Below are positions 1 through 9,172 of a DNA stretch of 20,000 nt, in pieces. The notes below the pieces were generated by a model. That model worked only from the letters and a program-made list of their open reading frames with translations, ran no database searches and had not been told where the DNA came from. Origin of the DNA: an uncultured virus (IMG/VR IMGVR_UViG_3300025534_000009) (Duplodnaviria; Heunggongvirae; Uroviricota; Caudoviricetes); IMG/VR virus record IMGVR_UViG_3300025534_000009. One strand, written 5' to 3'. Every line of letters begins with the position of its first letter. Positions within the stretch are counted from its first letter, which is position 1. The position numbers were made by a program, and so were the translations under genes.

Positions 1-2
1 TG

Positions 3-125
3 CGCTCCTATACCGAGAACCGGGGTGGAGAATACGCCCTTGGTGTCGAGGACGGCATGCAGAAGGCAGCAGACATTCTGGAAAATCTCATACGCCGCTA
101 TCGCGAGGGGGTCGTTATTGGATAG
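3..125 (+). CDS. 3' end of a hypothetical phage protein (partial, runs off the left edge)
   Basis: Open frame from position 3 (RSYTENRGGEYALGVEDGMQKAADILENLIRRYREGVVIG) ending at TAG 123-125 and overlapping the next start codon. Confidence 0.6.
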   Translation, partial: RSYTENRGGEYALGVEDGMQKAADILENLIRRYREGVVIG

Positions 126-378
126 GAAATTCAGCAGTCTGCTCGATGAGCTGATTGGCCCGGCAGCTCCAGAGCGAGACAAGGACCTCTTCATCGAGAG
201 CAGAGCGCAGCAGGTGATCGCTTCAGCGAACAACTTGATTGCGCTCATTAGGGAAACCTACGACGCGGAGACGGCCGAGGAGCTTCGGCGTCGCCTCATC
301 AATTCGATCAAAAGCGGAGATGAAAACAAGTTCCGGCGACGCATGGCGAAAATCAGAGAGGATCGTCTGTCCAGATAA
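118..378 (+). CDS. Conserved hypothetical jumbo-phage protein
   Basis: TTG start at 118 after GAGGGG is preferred to the GTG at 25. The stretch IESRAQQVIASANNLIALIRETYDAETAEELRRRLINSIKSGDENKF resembles, from recall, a family in large T4-like myoviruses. Confidence 0.75.
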   Translation: MDRKFSSLLDELIGPAAPERDKDLFIESRAQQVIASANNLIALIRETYDAETAEELRRRLINSIKSGDENKFRRRMAKIREDRLSR

Positions 379-396
379 CCACGAGGACCATCGCCA

Positions 397-1215
397 ATGT
401 CAAACAATAACAATAAGAAACTGGCGCAAACAATTGTGGAAGACGGATTTTTCAGTGGCCTTGCATCATCGCTTGGATTGACTGGCAAGGCAGCTCTCGG
501 CGTTGGCCGGGATGTCAGGATGGCGGTAGCTGGAGCGAAAGGCGCCAATCTCTACAAGCGGGTCTATCGGAAGGTGATGCTCGATTGGAAGAAGTTTGCC
601 GCGACCCTGGGTGCCGACGCTAAGACAGAAGCTGCGCCGACGGACGAGAACCTGCTGAAATTCGTGCTGAAGTACTACAAGGCCGACGCCTCGGAGCTTC
701 TGGCTGAAATCAAGACGGACTTCGCCAGGTTCGCCGACGACAAGACCGATGGTGATGACTCCCCGGATGCCGTGCGTAATCGCAGCGTCGAGAGGGCAAT
801 GCGCGAGCACCGGAAGATGATGCTGGTGGCCGAGGAGTTTTTCAAGGCGCTCGCCCGTGAGATCGCCTCCGACCCGAAGCTCGCGCTCCTGTTTCTTGGA
901 GACAAAAAGGCGCGGTCTGACGGCGGCATTGGTCAGGCCTCGTACACCTCGGTCGGTGTCTCCTCCGCTGCGAGAGCGGGCGCGTATGCGAGCACTTCAA
1001 GTTCACCCTCGTCATCCAGGTCCGATCCCGAGGTCAACATGCGCGCCTTCGCCAAGAACCTCGGTGACCTCGGCGTGCGGAAGTCCCTCTTCACAAATCT
1101 GGCCGAGCTGCGCGGATACGATTTGTCCGAAATCCATCAGCGGATAAAAACCTTCATGGATCACGAGGACGCCACGAAGATCGTCGCCGCCATGCTTGCC
1201 GCACTTAGGAGGTGA
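397..1215 (+). CDS. Hypothetical protein, possibly a virion/internal head protein
   Basis: 272-aa ORF with GAGGA RBS, GC3-rich codons and operon packing. Confidence 0.85.
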   Translation: MSNNNNKKLAQTIVEDGFFSGLASSLGLTGKAALGVGRDVRMAVAGAKGANLYKRVYRKVMLDWKKFAATLGADAKTEAAPTDENLLKFVLKYYKADASELLAEIKTDFARFADDKTDGDDSPDAVRNRSVERAMREHRKMMLVAEEFFKALAREIASDPKLALLFLGDKKARSDGGIGQASYTSVGVSSAARAGAYASTSSSPSSSRSDPEVNMRAFAKNLGDLGVRKSLFTNLAELRGYDLSEIHQRIKTFMDHEDATKIVAAMLAALRR

Positions 1216-1216
1216 C

Positions 1217-1882
1217 ATGGAATTCATCCGCAACCTCAGCGAAAGCAAGCTGTTTCCATCGAAGGAAATTCTGGAACGTTACTCCAGGAGGGAGATCGCA
1301 GAGCTGCTCTATCTCTACATCATCGCGTTCCGGATTTTCATGGCTGAGGAGAGCACTCGCTTCTGGGCTTCCAACTACCTCCGGAAGACCATTCAGAACG
1401 GTGAGTTCTCCCGCTGGCAAACCACGGGAAACGACCTCTACGTTCTGATCTACGCGATCCAGGCCAAAAAGGGCGACGAGAAGCCCTACCCGCTTCGCAT
1501 GTCCGACCTGACCCGGTGGATCAAGCAAGGGGCAACGCGTCGAGAGTTCCCTGATCGGCTGACCGATCGGCTCTTCGTTCGTCTGGACTTCGATCTGAGG
1601 ATCAAGCACGAAAGCATGCGCGCCGTCCGGCGACTCGTTTCATCGTGGCCGACGCTCGAAAAGGAGTATCGCCGTCTGGCGATGACCAGGCTGCTTCAGT
1701 TCCTCCGCGCCAGATCACCGAAGAGCGACATTCTTCTCATGCTGCGACGGCTGGCCGAGATCGAGAACTACGAGCTGAAGAACGTCTTCAACATGGAGAC
1801 AGGAGAGTTCGAGTACGACCAACAGCCTCAACTGACAGGGAAGGAAAGCTTTCTTCAAAAGCTCATTCGGTCCAAGAAATGA
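1217..1882 (+). CDS. Conserved hypothetical jumbo-phage protein
   Basis: ATG at 1217 follows AGGAGG, 1 nt after the upstream stop. MEFIRNLSESK...TGNDLY resembles a recalled large-phage family. Confidence 0.85.
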   Translation: MEFIRNLSESKLFPSKEILERYSRREIAELLYLYIIAFRIFMAEESTRFWASNYLRKTIQNGEFSRWQTTGNDLYVLIYAIQAKKGDEKPYPLRMSDLTRWIKQGATRREFPDRLTDRLFVRLDFDLRIKHESMRAVRRLVSSWPTLEKEYRRLAMTRLLQFLRARSPKSDILLMLRRLAEIENYELKNVFNMETGEFEYDQQPQLTGKESFLQKLIRSKK

Positions 1883-2109
1883 AGTCTTTCATCGAATATC
1901 TTCAGGACGTTGAACAGGAACGCCTCGACGAGGATGCCACCAGCGGGGCGACAAGTGCCGCATCCATTGCGATTGTAGTCGGAGGCCTCGGCCAGAAGGC
2001 AAACACCGACACCATTGGCGTCGGCTTTGAACCGGACGGCCACGAGCGCAGCATCTATCTGGCTCCGGAGTCGCCGAAGACCGGTAAGAAGCCTATTCTC
2101 CGTCGGTGA
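1879..2109 (+). CDS. Small putative capsid-internal protein
   Basis: ATGA overlap with the upstream stop. The N-terminus MKSFIEYL resembles the T4 internal-protein capsid-targeting sequence, and it carries an LDEDATSGATSAASIA motif. Confidence 0.8.
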   Translation: MKSFIEYLQDVEQERLDEDATSGATSAASIAIVVGGLGQKANTDTIGVGFEPDGHERSIYLAPESPKTGKKPILRR

Positions 2110-2131
2110 ATGTCAGAAAACACATTCGTAA

Positions 2132-2137
2132 TAAATA
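2132..2137 (+). promoter_or_regulatory. T4-like late promoter core (TAAATA)
   Basis: ATAAATA in an AT-rich intergenic gap, 31 nt upstream of the ATG at 2169. Confidence 0.6.
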
Positions 2138-2168
2138 GTCGTACAACCTTTTAAGAAAGGATTTCAAC

Positions 2169-2504
2169 ATGTCTAATAAGGTCAATGGTAAGGCGCTTCC
2201 CGGCGAGAACCTGACTGGCAACCTCCAGTTCTTCTCGGTCACGACCACGGTCGATATCTCGGGAACCACCGCGCAATCGCAGAAGGCTTTTGATCGTCTC
2301 ATCGAGATCATCTCGCTGAACGGCCAGCCGGTCATCCTCGGCCCGGTCACGGTCGATGGTTCGGACTACTCGTTCCGCTTCGCCACCGAGCATGCCGGTG
2401 CGTGGGCCAGCGCTGACGCTCTGGTTGCCGCCATCGAGCAGCACGGCAAGGGCATCTTCGACCAGGGCTCGGTCACTGTCGAAGTCAGCGACATGATCGG
2501 CTAA
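2169..2504 (+). CDS. Putative virion structural protein
   Basis: 111 aa with strong codon bias, AAGGA RBS, its own late-promoter motif and a terminator. The N-terminus KVNGKALPGENLTGNLQFF resembles recalled small jumbo-phage structural proteins. Confidence 0.85.
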   Translation: MSNKVNGKALPGENLTGNLQFFSVTTTVDISGTTAQSQKAFDRLIEIISLNGQPVILGPVTVDGSDYSFRFATEHAGAWASADALVAAIEQHGKGIFDQGSVTVEVSDMIG

Positions 2505-2528
2505 GGCCTTCTGGGTCAGATTGAGAAG

Positions 2529-2557
2529 CGCCCGATGCATAAGCATCGGGCGTTTTT
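2529..2557 (+). terminator. Rho-independent terminator
   Basis: CGCCCGATGC-ATAA-GCATCGGGCG followed by TTTTT. Confidence 0.85.
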
Positions 2558-2560
2558 GTT

Positions 2561-2566
2561 TAAATA
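2561..2566 (+). promoter_or_regulatory. T4-like late promoter core (TAAATA)
   Basis: TAAATA directly after the terminator and upstream of the ORFs at 2591 and 2736. Confidence 0.5.
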
Positions 2567-2590
2567 TAATTGTCATTAGTGATCAATGAG

Positions 2591-2749
2591 ATGACATTGA
2601 ACGAGCTATTCAGTCTGCGCCGTAAGCGTAAAGAGATCGTCTGGGTCAAGCGCGGAAATGAACGAGAACGGACGGATATTTCCATCCGGCGCGTGATACA
2701 GCCTAGGCGACGCTTCGATATTCGAGGAAAGAATAATGAAAAAGATTGA
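2591..2749 (+). CDS. Small basic hypothetical protein (52 aa, not in ORF track)
   Basis: MTLNELFSLRRKRKEIVWVKRGNERERTDISIRRVIQPRRRFDIRGKNNEKD fills the gap after a TAAATA motif and overlaps the next start. Confidence 0.5.
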   Translation: MTLNELFSLRRKRKEIVWVKRGNERERTDISIRRVIQPRRRFDIRGKNNEKD

Positions 2750-3434
2750 TTTTGTGACCGATCTCGCGAATCTTCTTTCATTGGAGGCAAAGGATATTGA
2801 CGTTGTCGTCAAGCACCTCGGCTTCGACGAAATCATCGACCTGATCGACGCCGCCCAGAACAAGGACAAGAAGCGTGCCGCGAGAATTCTCGGTATCCGT
2901 GAGGACGGTCGCGAGTTGTCTGGGATCAGCGACCTGCTGGCGTCGTTCGAGAAGGACACCAAGCTCCGCAAGGAAGGTTCGTCCAAGGACGCGAGACGCT
3001 ACATGCCGAACATCAACGACAAGGTGATCGTCAACGGCGAGCGCGGGACCGTGAAGATTCCCAACGGCCCGAATGGTACGATCGGCGTGATGATCGACGG
3101 TGAGCTGACAATGGCCAAGAGATCGGAAGTGCGGCCGCTACGGGAGTCCACTCTTGGCATGACCACGATCCCATCGCTTGAGCGCATGCGCGAGCTGGCT
3201 GGTATTACCACGTGCTCGGAGCCATCCCAGAAGCTGCCTACGCCCGCCGTGGACGTTGATAGCGAGTGTTCGGACGAGGAATGCCCCCTGGCGGCTATCC
3301 AGGACGCTTTCGACACCATCGAGAAGAACATCGGCAACCTGAAGATCAGGGATGGCAAGATCGTCCGGGATCGCGCCAACCGCATCCTCATGCGGCTGAA
3401 CGAGAGCGCCACTCGGCGCGGCCGACGCATCTAG
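2736..3434 (+). CDS. Hypothetical virion-associated protein
   Basis: 232 aa with GAGGA RBS, an LERMRELAGI motif and LRE/LNE motifs typical of large-phage head proteins. Confidence 0.85.
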   Translation: MKKIDFVTDLANLLSLEAKDIDVVVKHLGFDEIIDLIDAAQNKDKKRAARILGIREDGRELSGISDLLASFEKDTKLRKEGSSKDARRYMPNINDKVIVNGERGTVKIPNGPNGTIGVMIDGELTMAKRSEVRPLRESTLGMTTIPSLERMRELAGITTCSEPSQKLPTPAVDVDSECSDEECPLAAIQDAFDTIEKNIGNLKIRDGKIVRDRANRILMRLNESATRRGRRI

Positions 3435-3437
3435 CGC

Positions 3438-3477
3438 AACGACGGAGGTGACCATCGGGCCACCTCCGTCGTTTATT
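3438..3477 (+). terminator. Rho-independent terminator
   Basis: 13-bp stem AACGACGGAGGTG/CACCTCCGTCGTT followed by TATT, right after the stop at 3434. Confidence 0.75.
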
Positions 3478-3494
3478 CCAAGCAAAGTGACGCT

Positions 3495-3519
3495 CAAGAA
3501 TGCCCGGAAGACCGGGCAT
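3495..3519 (-). terminator. Terminator of the former RNA ligase gene
   Basis: ATGCCCGG-N4-CCGGGCAT hairpin followed by TCTT on the minus strand, just downstream of the ancestral stop at 3525. Confidence 0.55.
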
Positions 3520-3524
3520 CCTTG

Positions 3525-4589
3525 TCAATTGTACTCCGTCACGTTTCCCTTGCGGGTCAGCGGGGTTGATGTCCTGCAACATCACCCTGTCCATGCCGTC
3601 AGGCTCGGACCGGATCACGATGCCCTCACGCACGTGGTTGGCGAGCGTTGTGGTGCCGTTCTTGAGGTCACGCAGGCTCTGGGACCACGGTCCCTTGAAA
3701 AGGAGCGGAACGGTCTCGGCGCCAATCTTCTCAGTCGCCTGTGCCATCTCCTCCCACTTGAGAAAACGCACCTCACTCCCCTTAACGACCACCACATCGA
3801 ACACCCCGAATTCGGGCTGGTCCTTTCCATAATGGAGGTCCTGGATGCCCTTGCCGAAAACCTCTCCCAGGAAGAAGACCTTGTCGTAGCCATCGACAAA
3901 GCGCTTGAACGCCTCCAGCTTCGAGAGAAGAGCCTTGACGTAGACATTCCGAGAGACGTTCGCTTCGTTGTTCTTGAAGACGAGCCCCTTCGCGCCGAGA
4001 CCCTTTGAGAAGCAGAAAAAGTCCCCTTCGAACAGGTGCTGGTTGCCGAGACCACGGACAAAGCCAAGGCCGCAGAAAGTGCCGTGAATCTTCTCTGTAA
4101 CCGTGACGGACATGCCATCGACGAAGAGGTCCGAGAACTTCTGAATATTCTCCACGTCGAAGTCGATGGTGTTCTCCTGACCGATGAACACCACGTCTCC
4201 AGCCATGGACGCCGGAATCTCGGGAACGAACTTTGTGATCCCGAGGAACTCCGCAACATCGTCCCCGACCTTGACCTGCTTCCAGGTGTAGGTCCCGTCG
4301 GCGTTCGGAATGCGATCGCGGACGGAGACATCATCACCATCGATCACGCCCCATGCAGGAAACATGATCCCTCGGGAAAGGACGTCGCGCAGCTTGATCG
4401 CCTTCACACGATTGCCCTTGCTGCCCGCAAGGAGCCCCCTTGTTGTTCTTCTCGTCCCAATATCCTTCCTTGAGGAGTGCGTCGGGCACAACGGCCCCCT
4501 CCGGGACGTAGACGACATAGTCTCCCGGCGCGTAGCCTCCCATCAGGCAACTTGGCAGAGATGGAGACAAACTCTCGGAAATAGTTCAG
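3525..4589 (-). pseudogene. Degraded ATP-dependent RNA ligase, Rnl2/DRB0094-like family
   Basis: Motifs I (TEKIHGT), III (LGEVFG), IIIa (FGVFDV) and IV (REGIVIR) are present. Frameshifts occur near 4538, 4437 and 3561, motif V reads RVMLQ rather than K, and no in-family start was found. Confidence 0.85.
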
Positions 4590-4938
4590 CCCCTCCCCAG
4601 AGCCAAAAGATACAGATAGTCGGGCGCCTCCACCTTTATGAGAAAATCCTTGGCGGGACCAAAACCAACTTGGTCGCGAAGTGCCTCGGACAACATACGC
4701 AGGTTAGGGTACATCTTAACGAGCCGACAGATTTTGGTCGCCGCCTTCAGGTCTTCATCGTTAAGTTGGTAGGCGATTACCCAGACGATGAGGCGCTTGG
4801 TGTCGGTATCGATATGGACTTCGTACTCTGAAGTATCTTTATGAAAGAGAGAAAGAAGGTTCGAAAAACCGCCATACGGGTTATCCCCGGTTTCGTCGCA
4901 AACAACGCCACTATAAAATCACTACCACAGAATTGCAT
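4586..4938 (-). pseudogene. Possibly frameshifted hypothetical gene
   Basis: A 111-codon open frame (4918-4586; FYSGVVCDETGDNPYGG...YLLALGRG*) has no early start codon. One extra T in the T4 run at 4915-4918 would join it to the ATG at 4938. Confidence 0.4.
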
Positions 4939-5246
4939 TTCTTTTACATGTGGTCGGACCATGGGTGGTGAGTAACCAAGCACCCGTTGCTGGCTGTGAC
5001 GTGCATGTCGCCAGAAGCGCCCCAGTCGAGCAGCGGGCGTCGAGTACGACCTGTAAGAAAACATCACCGCAATAGTCAAACTTTCGATTTCATTGCTTCA
5101 GAACCGGGAGGCGCATCGCATGTCGTACCAGACGTAAAAATGATGTCGGGTGGGAAAGAAGAATTCGATGAGAATATTTCTTTGATATGTTGCCGACACT
5201 GACCAAAGGCGGCGCACGTTGCCAGCGTGTCTTTTTAAATAGTATC

Positions 5247-5816
5247 ATGACTACCATTCGCAAAGCAAAACGAAACATCGGTCCGGTTCTCAGCGAGGCG
5301 GGAGCAGGACCGTCGCGTCTTGTCGCTCACATCAGATCGGGGCGTCCCTTCTTCATGATCTCGGCCATGCGTGCGAACCTTTCCCATCACGAAAACCTGG
5401 TTCGCGCCAAGAAACTGGAGAGAATGCTGGCGAACCTCCCCTACTCTTTCATTCGAACGGAGGGTGAGTACCTTGAGATCGGCCAGACCGAGCCAAGCCC
5501 GGAGTTGTCTCTGTTCGTCATGCCCGTGGACCCCGAAGCGCCCGGTGCGATCGACAGAATGATTTTTCTGGCTGTACGACTTATGCGAGTATTCGACCAG
5601 GACTCCGTCCTTATCGGCGACGGCAACCGTGTCTATCTCCGCGAACGGGATGGAAGTGAATTCTCGCTTGGAAGCGCGGCATCGTTTTCTCTTGCGGTAA
5701 TCAAGCGTGCTCCGGCCTTCAGCAAGATTAAAGGCCGCAAGTTCACTTTCGCCGACCCTGACGATGCTCCAGGTGCCGCCGTCTATGGCCAAGACAAAAG
5801 TGTTGCGAACCAATAG
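5247..5816 (+). CDS. Conserved hypothetical phage protein
   Basis: ATG at 5247 lies 5 nt after TAAATA (5236-5241). The FFMISAMR...GEYLE...ELSLFV...FDQDSVL pattern is recalled from large-phage proteins. Confidence 0.8.
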   Translation: MTTIRKAKRNIGPVLSEAGAGPSRLVAHIRSGRPFFMISAMRANLSHHENLVRAKKLERMLANLPYSFIRTEGEYLEIGQTEPSPELSLFVMPVDPEAPGAIDRMIFLAVRLMRVFDQDSVLIGDGNRVYLRERDGSEFSLGSAASFSLAVIKRAPAFSKIKGRKFTFADPDDAPGAAVYGQDKSVANQ

Positions 5817-5839
5817 CGTGTCGCTATAGTTGCCACGCT

Positions 5840-6193
5840 ATGCGTAAGAGCGAGCTGTTCACAGAACTGACCAAGCGGAATGCGCTTCGGCGGGAGGCGC
5901 AGCTGCCGTTGCTCGACCTGCGCAGGGAGCTCCAGAAGCAGGAGATCATCGAGGCCTGGAAGGAGTATTACACGATCCAGGAGGCCTACGAGGAGAAGCG
6001 GAAGAGCATCTTGGATCGGATATCGCGGGAGTATGCCGTCAAGTACGGTGTGGCCCCGGACAGCGCCGGGGGCCATTGGATCGTCCTGGCTAAGGCCGAG
6101 CGGGAGTTCGAGGCCTACCTGGAGACGATCGGCTACAAGAAGCCCCCGCCAATCCCCGGCCAGGCGATCTTCTACGGCGGTGACACCGAGTAA
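5840..6193 (+). CDS. Hypothetical helical protein
   Basis: 117-aa ORF with strong GC3 bias, convergent with the next gene. Confidence 0.8.
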   Translation: MRKSELFTELTKRNALRREAQLPLLDLRRELQKQEIIEAWKEYYTIQEAYEEKRKSILDRISREYAVKYGVAPDSAGGHWIVLAKAEREFEAYLETIGYKKPPPIPGQAIFYGGDTE

Positions 6194-6203
6194 TCCGCCA
6201 CTC

Positions 6204-6665
6204 TCAAATCACTTCGTACCGCTTGAGCTGCTCAAGTGTGTCATCGGCGTTCTTGTGGCGAATGCCGATGCCACCAGCGGCTTCCCACCGCCTGATGTTC
6301 TTCGGCATGTCATCGACCAAGATTTCGCCCGGTCGGCGGATGTGTAGAGCCTTGTCGCGAGAAAGGCATGTGACAACGAGCTCATGGTCAAAGTGCCGCT
6401 TCCACCACTCCTTCTTGGCGGCCGCAGCGACCTCAAAGCCACTCTTCGGGCAGCCGGTGAGCACCACGGGCTGAAGGTGTACAACCTTCTCCCAGAGATG
6501 CATGGCGTCGCTCTTGAGCGGCATCTCGTACCAAAAGTCGTTTCTTTTATTGATGAGAGCCCACATGTGGGCTTCGTTCATCTCCCGTGGCCACTTCCCG
6601 AAGAGCTGGTAAACGTGGAGATCGAAGTCGGCAAAAACTCCGTCACTGTCTAGAACGATGCTCAT
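6204..6665 (-). CDS. HAD-superfamily 5'(3')-deoxyribonucleotidase (NT5C-like)
   Basis: N-terminal LDSDGVFADF (DxD), LTG, K..W and LVDD motifs, with an AGGAG RBS. Confidence 0.9.
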   Translation of the reverse strand: MSIVLDSDGVFADFDLHVYQLFGKWPREMNEAHMWALINKRNDFWYEMPLKSDAMHLWEKVVHLQPVVLTGCPKSGFEVAAAAKKEWWKRHFDHELVVTCLSRDKALHIRRPGEILVDDMPKNIRRWEAAGGIGIRHKNADDTLEQLKRYEVI

Positions 6666-6713
6666 AAAATAACTCCTGCCGAAATAAGAATATGTTACGA
6701 ATCTCGGCAGGAG
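6666..6713 (-). promoter_or_regulatory. Hairpin/terminator overlapping the nucleotidase RBS
   Basis: Minus-strand 13-bp stem CTCCTGCCGAGAT/ATTTCGGCAGGAG with one G-U pair, followed by TTATTTT and then the ATG. Confidence 0.55.
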
Positions 6714-6783
6714 GTACCATATAATTCAGGCTCGCGTGGCGCCCCGGCTTCCTCGTTACATGAGGCGTCACGCATTCGTATGT

Positions 6784-7098
6784 CTATACTCCCTTTTCAA
6801 GAATTTTAATCGAAATTGTTAAGATGAATGCAAAAGTTACGATGATTGCATACCAGAAGAACAACAGGATCGCCTGATAGAGATGCCAATCCCAAACCTC
6901 CACCGCGCCATATACGCCAAAACAACTTCCAACCAGTGGGATATATGTCAGGAAAATAGCTATAAAGAAACTAAGGACTTTTCCTATACCAAGGGCATAA
7001 GAAAGGCCGTCCATAATGGCGAACATTTGTACGAAGCCTATAATCAGATAAAGTACATACACCGCGATACCAAAGGCTCCTGACAAGATGGATGGCAT
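6784..7098 (-). CDS. Small integral membrane protein (about 3 TM helices), AT-rich
   Basis: 104 aa, hydrophobic throughout, with lower GC than its neighbours. Confidence 0.8.
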   Translation of the reverse strand: MPSILSGAFGIAVYVLYLIIGFVQMFAIMDGLSYALGIGKVLSFFIAIFLTYIPLVGSCFGVYGAVEVWDWHLYQAILLFFWYAIIVTFAFILTISIKILEKGV

Positions 7099-7533
7099 CC
7101 CCTAACCCTCCGAACACTCGGTGATTCAACCTGCGAGATAGAGTGTTCATCAGCATGGAGGGAATGACAAGCGAAACGGCGCGCAGTCGGTTTAGCTGCG
7201 CGCCTCGGAGTGACGTACTTCAATTCAAAATGTTCTCAGCGCCATCTGGTCCAGCAATGCACTTCAAGCAGGGCGTAACCACAATTGTTTCCAGGGGGTC
7301 CGAAATTTTTCGCCATTGCACTCGCAACGGAGGCCTGCCAAAGACATCGCGGCAGACGTATTGAGCAGCGCTTTGTTCTGGTGTATTACAGGCGAAAATG
7401 TTTCGGATAGGAAAATTAGGATGCGTACTAAAACAACTTGAACTAAACTCACCTATGCAAGCGTTGCGGAATTGCCGCCCAGTAGGAAAAGAGAAATGGT
7501 GCCAGGTAGACGTAACGTTTCATGGCGCACCTC

Positions 7534-7773
7534 CTAACTGAAGTTGAGGGCGCGGAACGGTCGGAATCCTGGAGAATCCCTCCCGCCCGTCGTGATATCG
7601 ACGAATGGCGTCAAGTCCAAATAGCCGCGCGGAAAAGTATCTGACTTGGCGTGATATTCCTCTGCTCGTTCGCAGCGTTCATCTACCCATGACCAGATCG
7701 GGCGGCTTTCGGCTAAAGACGAGGAGGCAGGGAATGGTTTCAGGGCGACGGCGCCACGAAGCACATTCCTCAA
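7534..7773 (-). CDS. Doubtful small hypothetical protein
   Basis: 79-aa ORF with a TTG start, packed after the upstream gene. No recognisable motif. Confidence 0.3.
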   Translation of the reverse strand: MRNVLRGAVALKPFPASSSLAESRPIWSWVDERCERAEEYHAKSDTFPRGYLDLTPFVDITTGGRDSPGFRPFRALNFS

Positions 7774-7783
7774 TGGTCGCTCG

Positions 7784-8047
7784 TCATGCGACTGACTTCT
7801 GCTTCTGAAAACGAGCCAACCTCTTGGCCTCCTTCAGCTCGGCGAGCATCGCCGTGGCAATCCGGGAGAGCGAGATACGCTTCAATACATCTACGTGCGA
7901 AAGGCGATAAGCCCGATCGTCGTTCTTGATCTTGATCTTTAGTTCCCTGATTGCCTCGGAAAGCTCCCGGTAGGAATCCCGCCAGTTCTGACGATATGCC
8001 AGGTACGTTTCGCGAGATGTGATGGTGTCGATGAGAAAAGTCGTCAT
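7784..8047 (-). CDS. Conserved hypothetical phage protein
   Basis: ATG at 8047 after AAAGGA. The SRETYLAYRQNWRDSYRELSEAIRELK pattern is recalled from phage proteins. Confidence 0.75.
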   Translation of the reverse strand: MTTFLIDTITSRETYLAYRQNWRDSYRELSEAIRELKIKIKNDDRAYRLSHVDVLKRISLSRIATAMLAELKEAKRLARFQKQKSVA

Positions 8048-8300
8048 GATTGAAAATCCTTTCGTTATTTCCGCAATGAGAAACATTTTGTAATTATGCG
8101 CACGTCTTCTTTTCGTGCGGGCCGATGCCAAGCGCAGTGACGATAGAAAGACCGATGACGGGGGACCGACCCACCGTGCGTCTTCATGGGCGCACAGGAG
8201 TCTGTGCTTCTGGTACGGGGCAGCATCTACCGGTCTCTCTTGGAGGGCTGCATGACGAGCTTGTCAGCCGCGCCTGCGGGCACCCATCCGGTATTCGAAA

Positions 8301-9053
8301 TTACTTGTTGTCCTGCGGGGGTGCTGGCAGGTCTTTGCGAGATACACAGATGTGTGTCCGCTCGTAACCATTGTCTCCGGTAGTCAGTCCCCAGACGTGA
8401 AGTTCATCATCAAGCATCCAGTAATGCGCGCGGCGAACAACGGAGACGGTTCGTTCGACTTCGTCGTGCTGCACAAGAGCGCCCCACGACATGTCCCTGC
8501 CCTTGCGATGCATATAGACGATCTCGTTAAAGACCCCGAGCAACGCTCGTTCCATGTCGGCCGCTCGAATGTTACCGAGAATGCGTTGGTCTTTATCATT
8601 GTGAGCAGCCTGACGGACTACGTTGTACATCGCCAGGAGAACACTGAATATGCAGGCGTTATCCGTGCTCTCCTCCAACAAATTCCAGTCGAAGGGATGT
8701 GATGCACCCGCCACAATCTGGCGAATGCCGGTCAACGTCTCCGGTACAGGATCATCCCCGGCCGTGACGGCGGCGTTGTAGACGGAAACGAGTTCCGTAG
8801 CCTCATAGAGGCCATACCAGACCCAGGCCGACACGACGCCGTCGTATTCCTTGGGGTCGCGCTCGTCGATGCGGGAGCGTGTACCGTCCTTGTGCAGCCG
8901 GTAGTAGACCTTTGCGTCCGGGTCGATGCCTCGCCTGCGGGTCATCCAGCGGGCGACCATCTCGATTCCTAACTTCTGACGATCTCGCATCGGCCGCCTC
9001 CTGGGATCGACTTCGGAGGCGTAACTGTTTTCCAAATATGCTGTGTCAACCAT
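8301..9053 (-). CDS. Hypothetical protein
   Basis: 250-aa ORF, the longest in this region. The start position is uncertain. Confidence 0.75.
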   Translation of the reverse strand: MVDTAYLENSYASEVDPRRRPMRDRQKLGIEMVARWMTRRRGIDPDAKVYYRLHKDGTRSRIDERDPKEYDGVVSAWVWYGLYEATELVSVYNAAVTAGDDPVPETLTGIRQIVAGASHPFDWNLLEESTDNACIFSVLLAMYNVVRQAAHNDKDQRILGNIRAADMERALLGVFNEIVYMHRKGRDMSWGALVQHDEVERTVSVVRRAHYWMLDDELHVWGLTTGDNGYERTHICVSRKDLPAPPQDNK

Positions 9054-9172
9054 TCAACTAATGTTCTTCCAAACGGGCCAATTGTACACCAGAGATGCGA
9101 TCAAGAATAATAAAAACGGTCGAAGACCCTTGTAAGACAATTTCGATTTTGGTTTCGAGCGCTCCAATTATG

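Noticed and set aside
4435..4439. Programmed ribosomal frameshift in the ligase
   Set aside because: Two further frameshifts, a motif V change and the missing start make decay or sequencing error more likely.
3388..4518. 376-aa ORF as an intact RNA ligase
   Set aside because: Both ends are out-of-frame sequence, and the family-like termini lie in other frames.
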